In this document: piece by piece, positions 52,198 to 61,472 of the stretch
Layout: each line of letters begins with the position of its first letter
Numbering within the stretch: the stretch's first letter is position 1
DNA from: an uncultured delta proteobacterium
GTDB taxonomy: Bacteria; Myxococcota_A; Polyangia; Polyangiales; Polyangiaceae
Direction of reading: 5' to 3'
DNA: 64,000 nucleotides
Assembly: GCA_963806225.1 (NCBI GenBank)
Contig: CAWDXG010000004.1
Coordinates: 5,088,001-5,152,000 of the forward strand
The notes under the pieces: generated by a model
The model's input: only the letters and a program-made list of their open reading frames with translations
Told to the model about the DNA's origin: nothing
The model's database searches: none
Translations under genes and position numbers: made by a program

Positions 52198-54276
52198 CTA
52201 CTTCGACACTTCGCCGTCGTCAGTCGCCGACTGCAGCTTCAAGAGCTCCTTGTCGGTCAGGTATACCGCGCTCGTCTTGCCGGCGGGCTTGGCGGGCGCC
52301 GCGGGCGCGGCCTGCGACGGGGCGCTCGGCTGCTCCGGCGGCCCGGGCGCTGCCGCGACGGTGTTTCCGGGATCGCCTTCGTCGGCGCCCGGCGGCTCGG
52401 CCGCCGTGGGCTCGGCCTGAGCCGGCGCCTCGGCCGGCGCTTCTGCCACCTTGGGCGATGGCGCTTCCGGCAGCGGGATCGCGTCGAGCATCGCGTCGTA
52501 CTTCGACTTCACCTTGGCAAAGGCGTCGCGCTCGTCCGCGGGCAGAACACGCATGCTGTCCGGCTTGAGCTTCATCGCATCGAAGAACTTGCCGTCCTTC
52601 TTGGCGATCCAGTGCAGGTGCGGGCCGGTGGAGCGCCCCGTGGAGCCGACGTAGCCGATCACCTGGAAGCGCTTGACGTGATCGCCCACCTTCAGCCCAT
52701 CCGCAAAGCGGACCAGGTGCGCGTATCCCGTCTCGATCCCTCCCGAATGTTTGAGCATCACCAGGTTGCCGGTGGCGCCGCTGCCGGTCATGCGTTCGAC
52801 CACGCCATAGGACGACGCGTGCACCGGCGTGCCGATGGGCGCGCCGATGTCGGTGCCGAGATGCGGCATGATCCTGTGCAGGATGGGATGCATGCGATGC
52901 AGATTGAACGGGGAGGTGACGTGCGCGCCCGGGATCGGGAAGCGCCAGCCGCCCGAGAAGGGCGACTTGCCGCTCTCGTCGTAGTAGCCCGCGTTGTTGT
53001 GCGAATCCCGGTAGTAGTAGAAGCGCTCCGGCTTGCCCTTGACGGGCCGGTACTCCACCGCCTCGATGCCGGCGTAGCCGTTGAACTCGCCGAGTACCGT
53101 GACTTCCTGCGCGACGACCCGGAACATGTCGCCGGGCGACAGGTCGTCCATGTCCATGTGCCCGTGCAGGGCGTCGTCCAGCGCGTGGTACAGGCCCTTT
53201 CCGAAGCCGGCGGCCGCGGCCGAGTCGTCGACGTTCTTGCCGTTGTACGCGAACGCGCCCTTCACCTCGGCGCGCTCGACGTGCAGGTCGAGCTTCTTGG
53301 CCTGCAGCGCACCGTTCTTGTCTGCCCGCGCCTGGTACACCTCTTCCTTCGAGACGATGTACTCGAACGCCGTGAGCTCCTTGGTGGAGCGTTTGAGCGC
53401 CGCTTCGAACCTGTCGTGTGGCCCGCACTTGTCCAGGTTCACCAGATCCTTCAGCGCATGCAGCACGGCGTAGGCCTGGCTCTTGTCGAGCCCCTTGTCC
53501 TGGATGACCTTGAGGAAGGGGTCGCGTCCGATCTCGCCCCCGATGACCCGGTAGCTGGAGTCGCCCTTCAGATCGTCGATGCGCCAGGGGCCAGGGAGCT
53601 TCTTGTGCTTTTGCCTGGGCGCGGGAGCGCTGTGGGGAGTTGCCGCGGCGCTCGCCGGCACCGCGGCGCGGGTGGCGACCGCCCGCGTTCCCGGATGGAC
53701 CGCGGGGTGCAGGTGGATCATCAGCGCGATCAGCGAGGCCACCGTCGCGAGCCCGAGCAGCGTTCCGAACACGGCGACCATGGCTGGCGACAGATGCGGT
53801 CCGCCGCTGTGCAGCAGTGGCGCGGCCGGCGGGCGCGCGGCCCGCGCTCCCGCGCCGACCAGATCGAGCTCCATGTCGAGGGGCCGCGCGGCCGGAGGAT
53901 GCTCGCGCCCGATCTCGTCCAGGTTGCCGTGTACCGCTGCGGTGCGCGCCCCCAGCTTCTCGGCGCGCTCCCGCCGGTTGGCGGCCGCACGGGCAAGCAG
54001 CTTGTCACGAACCGGGTGGCCGCCCTCGTGAACAGCGGCGGGAGCGTCCGCGGCGGCAGGGGGTGGCGTCGCCGAGCGCGCGCTCTCTTCGGCCGTGCGG
54101 GTGTCCCCGGCGTCGACGCGCGGCTCCGGCGCCGCGGCGCCGGCTTCCTCGTCCGGCGCCGCGGCGGCGTCCGGCTCGAGCTCCAGCGCCGGTTCCGTGG
54201 CGCCGTCGTCGCGGGCCAACGGATCCACGACCCGGCCGATGTGACGCGGGCCGTCCGCTTCCGGTGAAGACGCCAC
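52198..54276 (-). CDS. M23-family peptidoglycan endopeptidase (MepM-like) with long N-terminal region and TM anchor
   Basis: HLGTD (HxxxD), YAHL, STGPHLH. Confidence 0.88.
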   Translation of the reverse strand: MASSPEADGPRHIGRVVDPLARDDGATEPALELEPDAAAAPDEEAGAAAPEPRVDAGDTRTAEESARSATPPPAAADAPAAVHEGGHPVRDKLLARAAANRRERAEKLGARTAAVHGNLDEIGREHPPAARPLDMELDLVGAGARAARPPAAPLLHSGGPHLSPAMVAVFGTLLGLATVASLIALMIHLHPAVHPGTRAVATRAAVPASAAATPHSAPAPRQKHKKLPGPWRIDDLKGDSSYRVIGGEIGRDPFLKVIQDKGLDKSQAYAVLHALKDLVNLDKCGPHDRFEAALKRSTKELTAFEYIVSKEEVYQARADKNGALQAKKLDLHVERAEVKGAFAYNGKNVDDSAAAAGFGKGLYHALDDALHGHMDMDDLSPGDMFRVVAQEVTVLGEFNGYAGIEAVEYRPVKGKPERFYYYRDSHNNAGYYDESGKSPFSGGWRFPIPGAHVTSPFNLHRMHPILHRIMPHLGTDIGAPIGTPVHASSYGVVERMTGSGATGNLVMLKHSGGIETGYAHLVRFADGLKVGDHVKRFQVIGYVGSTGRSTGPHLHWIAKKDGKFFDAMKLKPDSMRVLPADERDAFAKVKSKYDAMLDAIPLPEAPSPKVAEAPAEAPAQAEPTAAEPPGADEGDPGNTVAAAPGPPEQPSAPSQAAPAAPAKPAGKTSAVYLTDKELLKLQSATDDGEVSK

Positions 54277-54623
54277 GGAGCGCTGGTAGCAGCCGTCAGG
54301 GGAAGCGGCAAGGCGACCCGGAGTTGACTGGGAGGCCCGAAGCGTGGCAAAATGCTACAACTTTGTGACATTTCGCTACACTTTGCCCCTCCCGTGGCCG
54401 CGCGGAGGCCGGAGGCCGAGCACGGACGCCGGGGAGGGGCCGGCGCGCGCAGGGCCCGGAGGGCCCGAGCACGGCGGGGGGTGGGCAACCGCCTGCGCCG
54501 AGCCGGTGTCGACTCGCCGCTTGGTTTCCACCACACTCGCGAGGCACCCTGCGAAGTCCGCGCCGCCTGGGTTATGAACGTGGGTCCGGCGTCGCGCCGG
54601 ACCAGCATGAGGAAACTGCCGAG

Positions 54624-55376
54624 ATGGACGACCACACCAAGCAGCTGCTTCTGCTCGGGCGCGAGCACTACGAAAAGCGCGAGTTCGAAAAGGCGGAATA
54701 TCTGCTCAAGCAGGTGGTGGACAAGACGGACCGCTTCGCGGACGTGTTCGACATGCTCGGGGTGATCGCGCACAGCAAGGGCGATTTCACCAAGGCCCAG
54801 CAGCACTTCGAGAAGGCGATCCAGCTGAATCCGAACTACACCGAAGCGCAGCTCAACCTGATGGTCACCTACAACGACCTCGGGAAGTACGAGGCCGCGC
54901 GCGAGATCTATTCGAACATCCGCTCGCGCGACGCGGGCGACCGGCGCGCCGATCCTTTTGCCAAGGGCAAGATAGCGAACATGCACGCGGAGATCAGCCA
55001 GGCGTACCAGGACGCAGGCATGACCATCCAGGCGATCGAGGAGCTGGAAAAGGCCGTGGGGCTGTGTCCCGGCTTTGCGGATCTGCGCACGCGTCTCGGC
55101 ATCCTCTTGCGCGACACCGGCGACGCCGTGCGCGCCCGCGAGGAGTTCGAGGCCGCCAAGAAGGCGAATCCGAAATATCTGCAGGCGCGCCTGGCGCTGG
55201 GCGTACTGCTCTTGAGCGCGGGCAATCGCGACGAGGCCAAGGCCGAGTTCAACGCGGTGCTCGAGCACGATCCGGACAACAAGAGCGCACAGATGTATCT
55301 GCGCATCGCTGCCGCCCGCGAAACGCTCAAGACCATCCCTCCCGCCGATCCGGACGACAAGAACCAGGGATCCTGA
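54624..55376 (+). CDS. TPR protein
   Basis: Several TPRs (FEKAIQLNPNYTEA, AKKANPKYLQARLALG). Confidence 0.9.
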   Translation: MDDHTKQLLLLGREHYEKREFEKAEYLLKQVVDKTDRFADVFDMLGVIAHSKGDFTKAQQHFEKAIQLNPNYTEAQLNLMVTYNDLGKYEAAREIYSNIRSRDAGDRRADPFAKGKIANMHAEISQAYQDAGMTIQAIEELEKAVGLCPGFADLRTRLGILLRDTGDAVRAREEFEAAKKANPKYLQARLALGVLLLSAGNRDEAKAEFNAVLEHDPDNKSAQMYLRIAAARETLKTIPPADPDDKNQGS

Positions 55377-56488
55377 TGGGAGCGGACGCCTCGCTGGTAG
55401 CGGAGCAGCCGGGGCTGCGCGCGCAGTTCGGTCGGCTGTGGCACCGACTGCGCGGCGGCGAGCTGTCGCGCGGCCGCACCGCCGCGTCGGTCTCGGTGGG
55501 GCTCTTCATCGGATCGCTGCCGCTCTACGGTCTGCACCTGCCGCTGTGTCTGGCCGTGTGTGTGCCGCTCAGGCTGGACGCGGTCGTGGCGTATCTGGCG
55601 GCGAACATCTCCAATCCGCTGTTCGCGCCGTTCCTCGTCATGAGCGAGGTGGAGGTCGGGTCGCTGCTGCTCACGGGGCACGCCGTTCCGTACGACCTGG
55701 CGAAGGCGCGCCACACGGGCTTCTCCGGCTTCATGCTGCAGGCCGGCGTCGGCTCGATCGTGGTGGGCGCGGTGCTCGCCGCCCTGGGCGCCCTGATCGT
55801 GGTCCTGGTAGCGCGACGCCGCGCCGCACGGCAGACCGAGCTGTCACAGGCCGTCGATCGCACGATCCGGCGCTACCGCGATGCGCATCGGCGCCACCGC
55901 GTCTATGTGACGCTCAAGCTCAGGAGCGATCCGGTCGTGCAGGCGCTGGCCGCGTTGCCAGGTTCGTTCGGCAGTGTGCTGGACGCGGGCGCGGGGCGCG
56001 GGCAGTTCGGCTTGCTGCTGATGGAGCTCGGGCGCGCGGACGCCGTCCGGGGATTCGATCTGGAAGCCGAAAAGGTCGGCGCGGCGAACATCGCGGCGGG
56101 CGGCGAGGCGAGCTTCGAGCAAGGGGACCTCAGCACGGCGCGCTTCGCCGAGAGCGACACGGTGCTGCTGCTCGACGTGCTGCACTATCTGCCGCGTCCC
56201 GATCAGGACTCGGTGCTTGAACGGGCCGCGGCGGCGGTGCGCCCGGGTGGACGACTGATCGTGCGCGAGGTCGGGCGCGGGGCGGGCAGCTTCTTCACGA
56301 AGTTCTTCGAGCGCATCGGCAAGCGCCTGGAGATGAACCGCGGGCGGACGCTCGAGTTCCGGGCTCTCGACGAGACCATCGACCGGCTCGAAAGGCTCGG
56401 CCTTTCCTGCCGCTTCGAGGACGCCTCGCACGGCACGCCCATGTCGAACGCCCTGATCGTGGCGGAACGTCCTAGCGCCGGAACCTGA
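55376..56488 (+). CDS. DUF2062 membrane domain fused to class I SAM methyltransferase
   Basis: AASVSVGLFIGSLP...NISNP; VLDAGAGRG, DVLHY, RPGG; TGATG overlap. Confidence 0.82.
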   Translation: MGADASLVAEQPGLRAQFGRLWHRLRGGELSRGRTAASVSVGLFIGSLPLYGLHLPLCLAVCVPLRLDAVVAYLAANISNPLFAPFLVMSEVEVGSLLLTGHAVPYDLAKARHTGFSGFMLQAGVGSIVVGAVLAALGALIVVLVARRRAARQTELSQAVDRTIRRYRDAHRRHRVYVTLKLRSDPVVQALAALPGSFGSVLDAGAGRGQFGLLLMELGRADAVRGFDLEAEKVGAANIAAGGEASFEQGDLSTARFAESDTVLLLDVLHYLPRPDQDSVLERAAAAVRPGGRLIVREVGRGAGSFFTKFFERIGKRLEMNRGRTLEFRALDETIDRLERLGLSCRFEDASHGTPMSNALIVAERPSAGT

Positions 56489-57173
56489 CGCTGACGTTCG
56501 GGTAGCCGAGGGAGTGGACAAGGCTCTCGACGGTGCGTTTCACGCTGGCTTCGGCGATGGGCAGGATGCGCGACTTCTTCGCGGCCTCGACGATGCTCTT
56601 TTCGGCTTCCTGCCGCGCCCGGGTCTCCAGGTTCTGCTTGCGCTGGGCGAGCAGGTCCGTCTCCCGGGAGTGGACGTAGGTATGCTCGTTGTCGAGCCGG
56701 TGGGAGAGGATCTCCGCCGGCGGCAGCGTGATCTCGGCCGTGCCCTTGTCGCGGTCGATCTTCACGTCGCCGCTGCCGAGGGCGGAGAGGTCCACGCCGG
56801 CGGTCACGTCGCCCGCAGCCACGAGCAGGATGGCGTCCTTGGCGTGGATCAGCCCGAAGAAGCGCGACTGCTTCTCCGTCAGATCGATCACCTTCTCGAT
56901 GTGGAAACGAGCGCCTTCGATGTTGGACAGCTCGCGGATTGCGGTGACTACGCTCGGCGTGCCGCGCACGACGGTGACCGACGCAGCGGGCTTCGGCGGC
57001 GCGGGTTTCGAGCAGCGCCCCAGAACCGCGCCGAGGCCGACCGCGATCAGCACGAGCATGCCGAACATCACGGCGCCCAGCGGTTTCAGACATCCCGCAG
57101 CGGATGGGTGCGGCGTAGGGGTGTCCCCCTGCGTTGGCGTGCTGGGTGGCGGCCCGTAGTCCCCGGCGCTCAT
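56472..57173 (-). CDS. DUF4230 family single-TM protein
   Basis: TM then GDVTAGVDLS...ITLPPAEIL; ATGA overlap with lipB stop. Confidence 0.78.
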   Translation of the reverse strand: MSAGDYGPPPSTPTQGDTPTPHPSAAGCLKPLGAVMFGMLVLIAVGLGAVLGRCSKPAPPKPAASVTVVRGTPSVVTAIRELSNIEGARFHIEKVIDLTEKQSRFFGLIHAKDAILLVAAGDVTAGVDLSALGSGDVKIDRDKGTAEITLPPAEILSHRLDNEHTYVHSRETDLLAQRKQNLETRARQEAEKSIVEAAKKSRILPIAEASVKRTVESLVHSLGYPNVSVRFRR

Positions 57174-57919
57174 GTCCCTATGGATACAGCTTCCGGGTCG
57201 AGCGCGCCCGTCGAGTGATCGGAGAGCGCGGAAACGTCCGCATCCAGCACACTGCCGAGGAGCTCCAGAGCGCGGCCAGCGCTCTGCTGCACGTCGGGGG
57301 CTTTGCCCGTGAGCGACTGGACGGAGGCGACGCCGTGCTGGCTGATGCCACAGGGGACGATCAGCCCGAACAGCTCGAGATCGGTGGTGAGGTTGAGCGC
57401 GAAGCCGTGCATCGTGACCCAGCGCGAGATGCGGACGCCGATGGCGCCCAGCTTGGCCAGGCTCCGGGCGGCGTGCTCGCCCGGCCAGTGATCGATCGAG
57501 CCGGGGTCGACCCACAGCCCCACCAGCGACTCGACACTGCCGGCGTCGATGCCGTGATCGGCGGCCAGGCGCCGCATGCTCTCGCTGAGGTCGCGCACGT
57601 AGCGCCGCACGTCGCAGCGGTCCGGCGACAGATCGATGATCGGATAGCAGACGAGCTGGCCGGGTGCGTGAAGCGTGACGTCGCCGCCGCGGCCGGTGGC
57701 GACCAGATCCACGCCGCGCGCGGCCAGGAGCTCCTCGGGGACCAGCAGGTTCTCGGCGTGCGCTCCGCGGCCGAGCGTGACGACCGGTTCGTGCTCGAGC
57801 AGGAGCACGGTGTCGCCGATGCGTCCTTCGCGCCGCGCCTCGTGCAGGGCCTTCTGCAGATCGTGCACCGGCTCGTAGCGGCGGCGCCCCAGCCAGATCC
57901 CGTGGAGCCTGCGCCTCAC
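57170..57919 (-). CDS. lipB: Lipoyl(octanoyl) transferase
   Basis: LEHEPVVTLG, RGGDVTLHAPGQ, KLGAIG, HGFALN, IVPCG. Confidence 0.95.
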   Translation of the reverse strand: MRRRLHGIWLGRRRYEPVHDLQKALHEARREGRIGDTVLLLEHEPVVTLGRGAHAENLLVPEELLAARGVDLVATGRGGDVTLHAPGQLVCYPIIDLSPDRCDVRRYVRDLSESMRRLAADHGIDAGSVESLVGLWVDPGSIDHWPGEHAARSLAKLGAIGVRISRWVTMHGFALNLTTDLELFGLIVPCGISQHGVASVQSLTGKAPDVQQSAGRALELLGSVLDADVSALSDHSTGALDPEAVSIGT

Positions 57920-57934
57920 GTTGCCCTCCGGCGC

Positions 57935-59434
57935 CTACTCGGGGACCTTGTCGCCCAGGTCCCTCTGCTCCTCGCGCAGCTGCTCGATCTTCTCGGTGAA
58001 GGTGCCGGAGATGTCCGGGTCGAACTGCGTGCCGGAGCAGCGGATGATCTCGTTGACGGTCACCTCGTGCGGCAGTGCGCGGCGGTAGGCGCGATCGCTG
58101 GTCATCGCGTCGTAGGTGTCCGCCACCGAGATGATGCGGGCGATGAGCGGGATCTCCTGGCCGGCCAGGCCCAGCGGATAGCCGCGCCCGTCCCAGCGCT
58201 CGTGGTGCAGGTGGACGCCGGGGATGACCGGCTCGAGGAACTTGATGGGGTCGAGGATCTCCCGGCCGTAGACCGGGTGCTTCTTGAAGATCTCGTACTC
58301 TTCCTGCGTGAGCTTGCCCGGCTTGTTCAGGTTCATCACGCAGCCGACCTTGCCGATGTCGTGCATCAGCGCGGAGTGGCGGACCACATCGATGGTGTCC
58401 TCGGACAGGCCCAGCCAGCGCGCAAGCGCCACGGCGTAGCGAGCCACGCGTTCCGAATGGCCGGCGGTGTAGCGATCCATCTTGTCGATGGTGCGGGCCA
58501 GGCTCTGGATCGTCTGCTGGAACGTGGCCTGCAGATCCTCGTACAGGCGCGCGTTCTCGATGGCCGCGGCGGCGCGCGAGGCGACGATGCTGAGCATCTT
58601 GCGCTGGCCCTCGTCGAAGCGCTTGCTCGCCGTGAGCGAGACCACGCCGATCCAGCCGATCAACCTCTCGCGCATCTTGAGCGGAACGAGCGCGACGCTC
58701 GACACCGGCCGCTCCGGCAGGAGCTCGAACAGGCCGGCGGCGCGCGCGCCGTGCTCCATCACTTGCTCGCCGCGCGCCAGGCGCGCCGAGATGACTTTCG
58801 CGTCGAGCCGCCCTGGATCCAGGCTCGCGGGCAACGCCGTGCTCTGCTGCACGCTGCGCTCGACGTACCCGCCCTCGCCGTCCTCGAGCCAGGTCGCGAC
58901 GACATCCGCGCGGATCTCGTTCACCGCGCTGTCGGCGACCGTCGCGATGACTTCCTCCAGCGACAGGCTTGCGGCGATGGCCTCGCTGACCTTGTACAGC
59001 GAGAGCGCCTCGCGCAGCCGGAGGTTCTCCGCGGCCAGCCGCCGCTTCTCCAGGCCGCGCTGGACGATGTGGACGATCTCCTCGACCTTGAACGGCTTGA
59101 GGATGTAGTCGTACGCGCCGCGCTTCATCGCGTCGATCGCCGTCTCGACCGTTCCGAATCCGGTCATGATGACCGTGAGCGTGTCGGGGTGGGTGCGCGC
59201 GACCTCCTTCAGGAGCTCGAGCCCGCCCATGCGCGGCATCTTGAGGTCGCTGATGACCATGTCGTAGCGCGCGCGGCTGAGTTCGTTGACGGCGCTGGAG
59301 CCGTCCTCGGCCGTGCGGACGATGTACCCCTCCATGCCGAGGAAGTCGGCGAGGATGTCGCGGATGAACTTCTCGTCGTCGACGACAAGAACGCGCGGCT
59401 TTTCTTCGGATGTTCCGGGGTCCGACTCGGACAT
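57935..59434 (-). CDS. Response regulator REC-GAF-HD-GYP cyclic dinucleotide phosphodiesterase
   Basis: VVDDE/SDLKMP/KPF receiver; GHSERV, HDIGK, HHERWDGRGYP, ADTYDAM. Confidence 0.93.
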   Translation of the reverse strand: MSESDPGTSEEKPRVLVVDDEKFIRDILADFLGMEGYIVRTAEDGSSAVNELSRARYDMVISDLKMPRMGGLELLKEVARTHPDTLTVIMTGFGTVETAIDAMKRGAYDYILKPFKVEEIVHIVQRGLEKRRLAAENLRLREALSLYKVSEAIAASLSLEEVIATVADSAVNEIRADVVATWLEDGEGGYVERSVQQSTALPASLDPGRLDAKVISARLARGEQVMEHGARAAGLFELLPERPVSSVALVPLKMRERLIGWIGVVSLTASKRFDEGQRKMLSIVASRAAAAIENARLYEDLQATFQQTIQSLARTIDKMDRYTAGHSERVARYAVALARWLGLSEDTIDVVRHSALMHDIGKVGCVMNLNKPGKLTQEEYEIFKKHPVYGREILDPIKFLEPVIPGVHLHHERWDGRGYPLGLAGQEIPLIARIISVADTYDAMTSDRAYRRALPHEVTVNEIIRCSGTQFDPDISGTFTEKIEQLREEQRDLGDKVPE

Positions 59435-59608
59435 CGATCGAGGGAATACTAGACTAACAGATTGCGGGGCGTGCGTCGGGGACTGCGGTCGGGCGAGTAG
59501 CGCTGGAACTCCAGCCGGGCCACCACGCGGGGTCTAGCCCGGCGCGGCCTGCTTGGCCAGGCTCTGTCGGTATGATGGGGTGGGGACCACCACCCCCCCG
59601 GGGCTTGG

Positions 59609-60205
59609 TCAGCTCCGCTGGCCCAGAAGCCCGCCCAGCGAGCGGCGCGGCGGTTCCGGGTCGTGGGTCTTGAGGTAGAGCAGATTGAGCCCGTTGATGA
59701 GCGCATGGGCCACCAGTGGGCCCACCAACGAGCCGGTGAGCTCGAAGATGGCTCCGAGCGCCAGGCCGACCAGCATGGCCCAGCCGACCCAGACCCAGCG
59801 GCTGCGACCGCGGACCTGGTGCATCACGCCGAACAGCAGCGCCTGGGGGATGAGCCCGAGCCACGGCTGCAGCAGGCCCCGGAACAGGAGCTCCTCGCCG
59901 AGCGCGCTCAGGATTGCCACGACCAGGATGCCGGTACCGCTGATTCCTCGTGCGATCGGTCTGAGTTCCTGGTGCAGCCCGCGCGCCCAGGCGAAGCGCG
60001 GCACGAGCAGGCGGGTCCCCAGCGCGACCAGAACGCCGAACACGACCCCGAGCGCCAAGCTGTACGAATGGCTGGCGGGAGCGTCGAGCCGGAGCCACGG
60101 GGACGGGTACATGAACGGCGAGCCGCTGCGCCACACCACGGCAATCACCGCCGCACAGACACCCAGGAACGCATAGGCGGCAGCGAACCGGCCCCACCGG
60201 ATCAT
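59609..60205 (-). CDS. CPBP (Abi/CAAX) intramembrane protease
   Basis: EELLFRG, FGVMH, AHALIN. Confidence 0.88.
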   Translation of the reverse strand: MIRWGRFAAAYAFLGVCAAVIAVVWRSGSPFMYPSPWLRLDAPASHSYSLALGVVFGVLVALGTRLLVPRFAWARGLHQELRPIARGISGTGILVVAILSALGEELLFRGLLQPWLGLIPQALLFGVMHQVRGRSRWVWVGWAMLVGLALGAIFELTGSLVGPLVAHALINGLNLLYLKTHDPEPPRRSLGGLLGQRS

Positions 60206-60308
60206 CGTGTTCCGACTATGGCACGCGACGCGGGCCAGCGCACCCTGGGAGTGCGATCGGCAAGCAGGTTGTTGGCGCAGAGGTATCCGGAGTACGCTGC
60301 TGCCCGCG

Positions 60309-61019
60309 GTGGAAAGGGCGCACGATTCACCCGAGGTGCTCGAGCGGTTCAACGCGTCGCTCGACCTGGTCGACATCATCGCCCGGCAGGTGGCGCGGTC
60401 CATCGGTTCGGCGGTGGAGTTCGACGACCTGGCGGGGTTCGGGCGCGAAGGTCTGCTTGACGCCGCCCGGCGTTTCGATCCGGCGCGGGGCGTCCCGTTC
60501 CGGTCCTATGCGAACTATCGGGTGCGCGGGGCGGTGCTCGACGGCGTGCGCGCCATGTCCCGTCTGCCGCGGCGCGCCCACGAGCGGATCAACGGGCTGC
60601 GCGCCGCGGCCCGCGTGAGCGAGGGCGCTCTGGAGGACGCGGCCCAGCCGCCACCGCCGGGCTCCACCGCGGCCGACGCAGAGCGAGGCCTGGGCGAACA
60701 CCTGGCCGCGATGGCCACGGCCATGGCCGTGGGGCTCGTGGCCCCCGCCGGCCACGGCGAGGACGGCGAGCTCACGACGGTTTCCACGGAGGACAGCCCC
60801 GAGGCCGCCACCGCGCGCGCCGAGCTTCTAGCCTTGGTCCGCGAGGCGATCGGCGGCCTGCCGTTCCAGGAGGCGGAGCTCGTGCGGCGCCACTACCTCG
60901 AAGGCGAGCGCTTCGACCACGTCGCCCAGGATCTGGGGCTGAGCAAGTCCTGGGCGAGCCGCCTGCACACGCGGGCGATCGGGCGTCTCGGCAAGCGGCT
61001 GCGCGGCGTGGCCGATTGA
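60309..61019 (+). CDS. FliA/WhiG-like (group 3) sigma factor
   Basis: DDLAGFGREGLLDAARRFDPARGVPFRSYANYRVRGAVLD; LGLSKSWASRLH; start inferred. Confidence 0.88.
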   Translation: MERAHDSPEVLERFNASLDLVDIIARQVARSIGSAVEFDDLAGFGREGLLDAARRFDPARGVPFRSYANYRVRGAVLDGVRAMSRLPRRAHERINGLRAAARVSEGALEDAAQPPPPGSTAADAERGLGEHLAAMATAMAVGLVAPAGHGEDGELTTVSTEDSPEAATARAELLALVREAIGGLPFQEAELVRRHYLEGERFDHVAQDLGLSKSWASRLHTRAIGRLGKRLRGVAD

Positions 61020-61059
61020 AAAGCGCGCAACCCGGGCGTGGCGTGGCCGAGGGCGGGTC

Positions 61060-61386
61060 ATGTCGCTACCCATCGGTTCCGTTCCCGGCCTCGAACAAGC
61101 GCCCGGGGCCGCGCGCGTCCGCTCGTCTCCCGCTCAGCCCGCCTCGGGACCCGACGCGGCGGAGCGCCGAAATCGCTTCCAGAATGCGCTCCACGGCCTG
61201 GGCCACGAGATCGACCACGGAGAAAAGATGGTGCGCCGCGCGCTGTCGGCGGGCGGCCACATGGGCGCCGGCGATCTGATCGCGCTGCAGGCCGGGATCT
61301 ACCGGTACAGCGAGGCGGTGGATCTGACCGCCAAGCTGGTCGACCGCGCCGGGCAGGCCGTCCGCACCACCCTGCGCGGCCAGTAG
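61060..61386 (+). CDS. Small protein resembling T3SS inner rod (SctI/HrpB2-like)
   Basis: C-terminal DLIALQAGIYRYSEAVDLTAKLVDRAGQAVRTTLRGQ helix pattern. Confidence 0.6.
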   Translation: MSLPIGSVPGLEQAPGAARVRSSPAQPASGPDAAERRNRFQNALHGLGHEIDHGEKMVRRALSAGGHMGAGDLIALQAGIYRYSEAVDLTAKLVDRAGQAVRTTLRGQ

Positions 61387-61472
61387 CGCCTCGAGCGGCT
61401 GCGCGCGGGTGGGCGGGAGGAAGACCACCCACCCGCTTGACCTGCCAGCCTGCGGATCCCTTACTTCCATGC

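Noticed and set aside
57134..59452. Long alternative ORFs (e.g. 57134..59452 +, 9563..12382 +, 22052..24790 +, 9672..12020 -, 52138..54267 +)
   Set aside because: Antisense or off-frame shadows of well-supported genes, expected at about 70% GC; no recognisable motifs
59577..59596. Hairpin GGGGTGG-ggacca-CCACCCC as terminator
   Set aside because: No U-tract on either strand and such stems are common at this GC content
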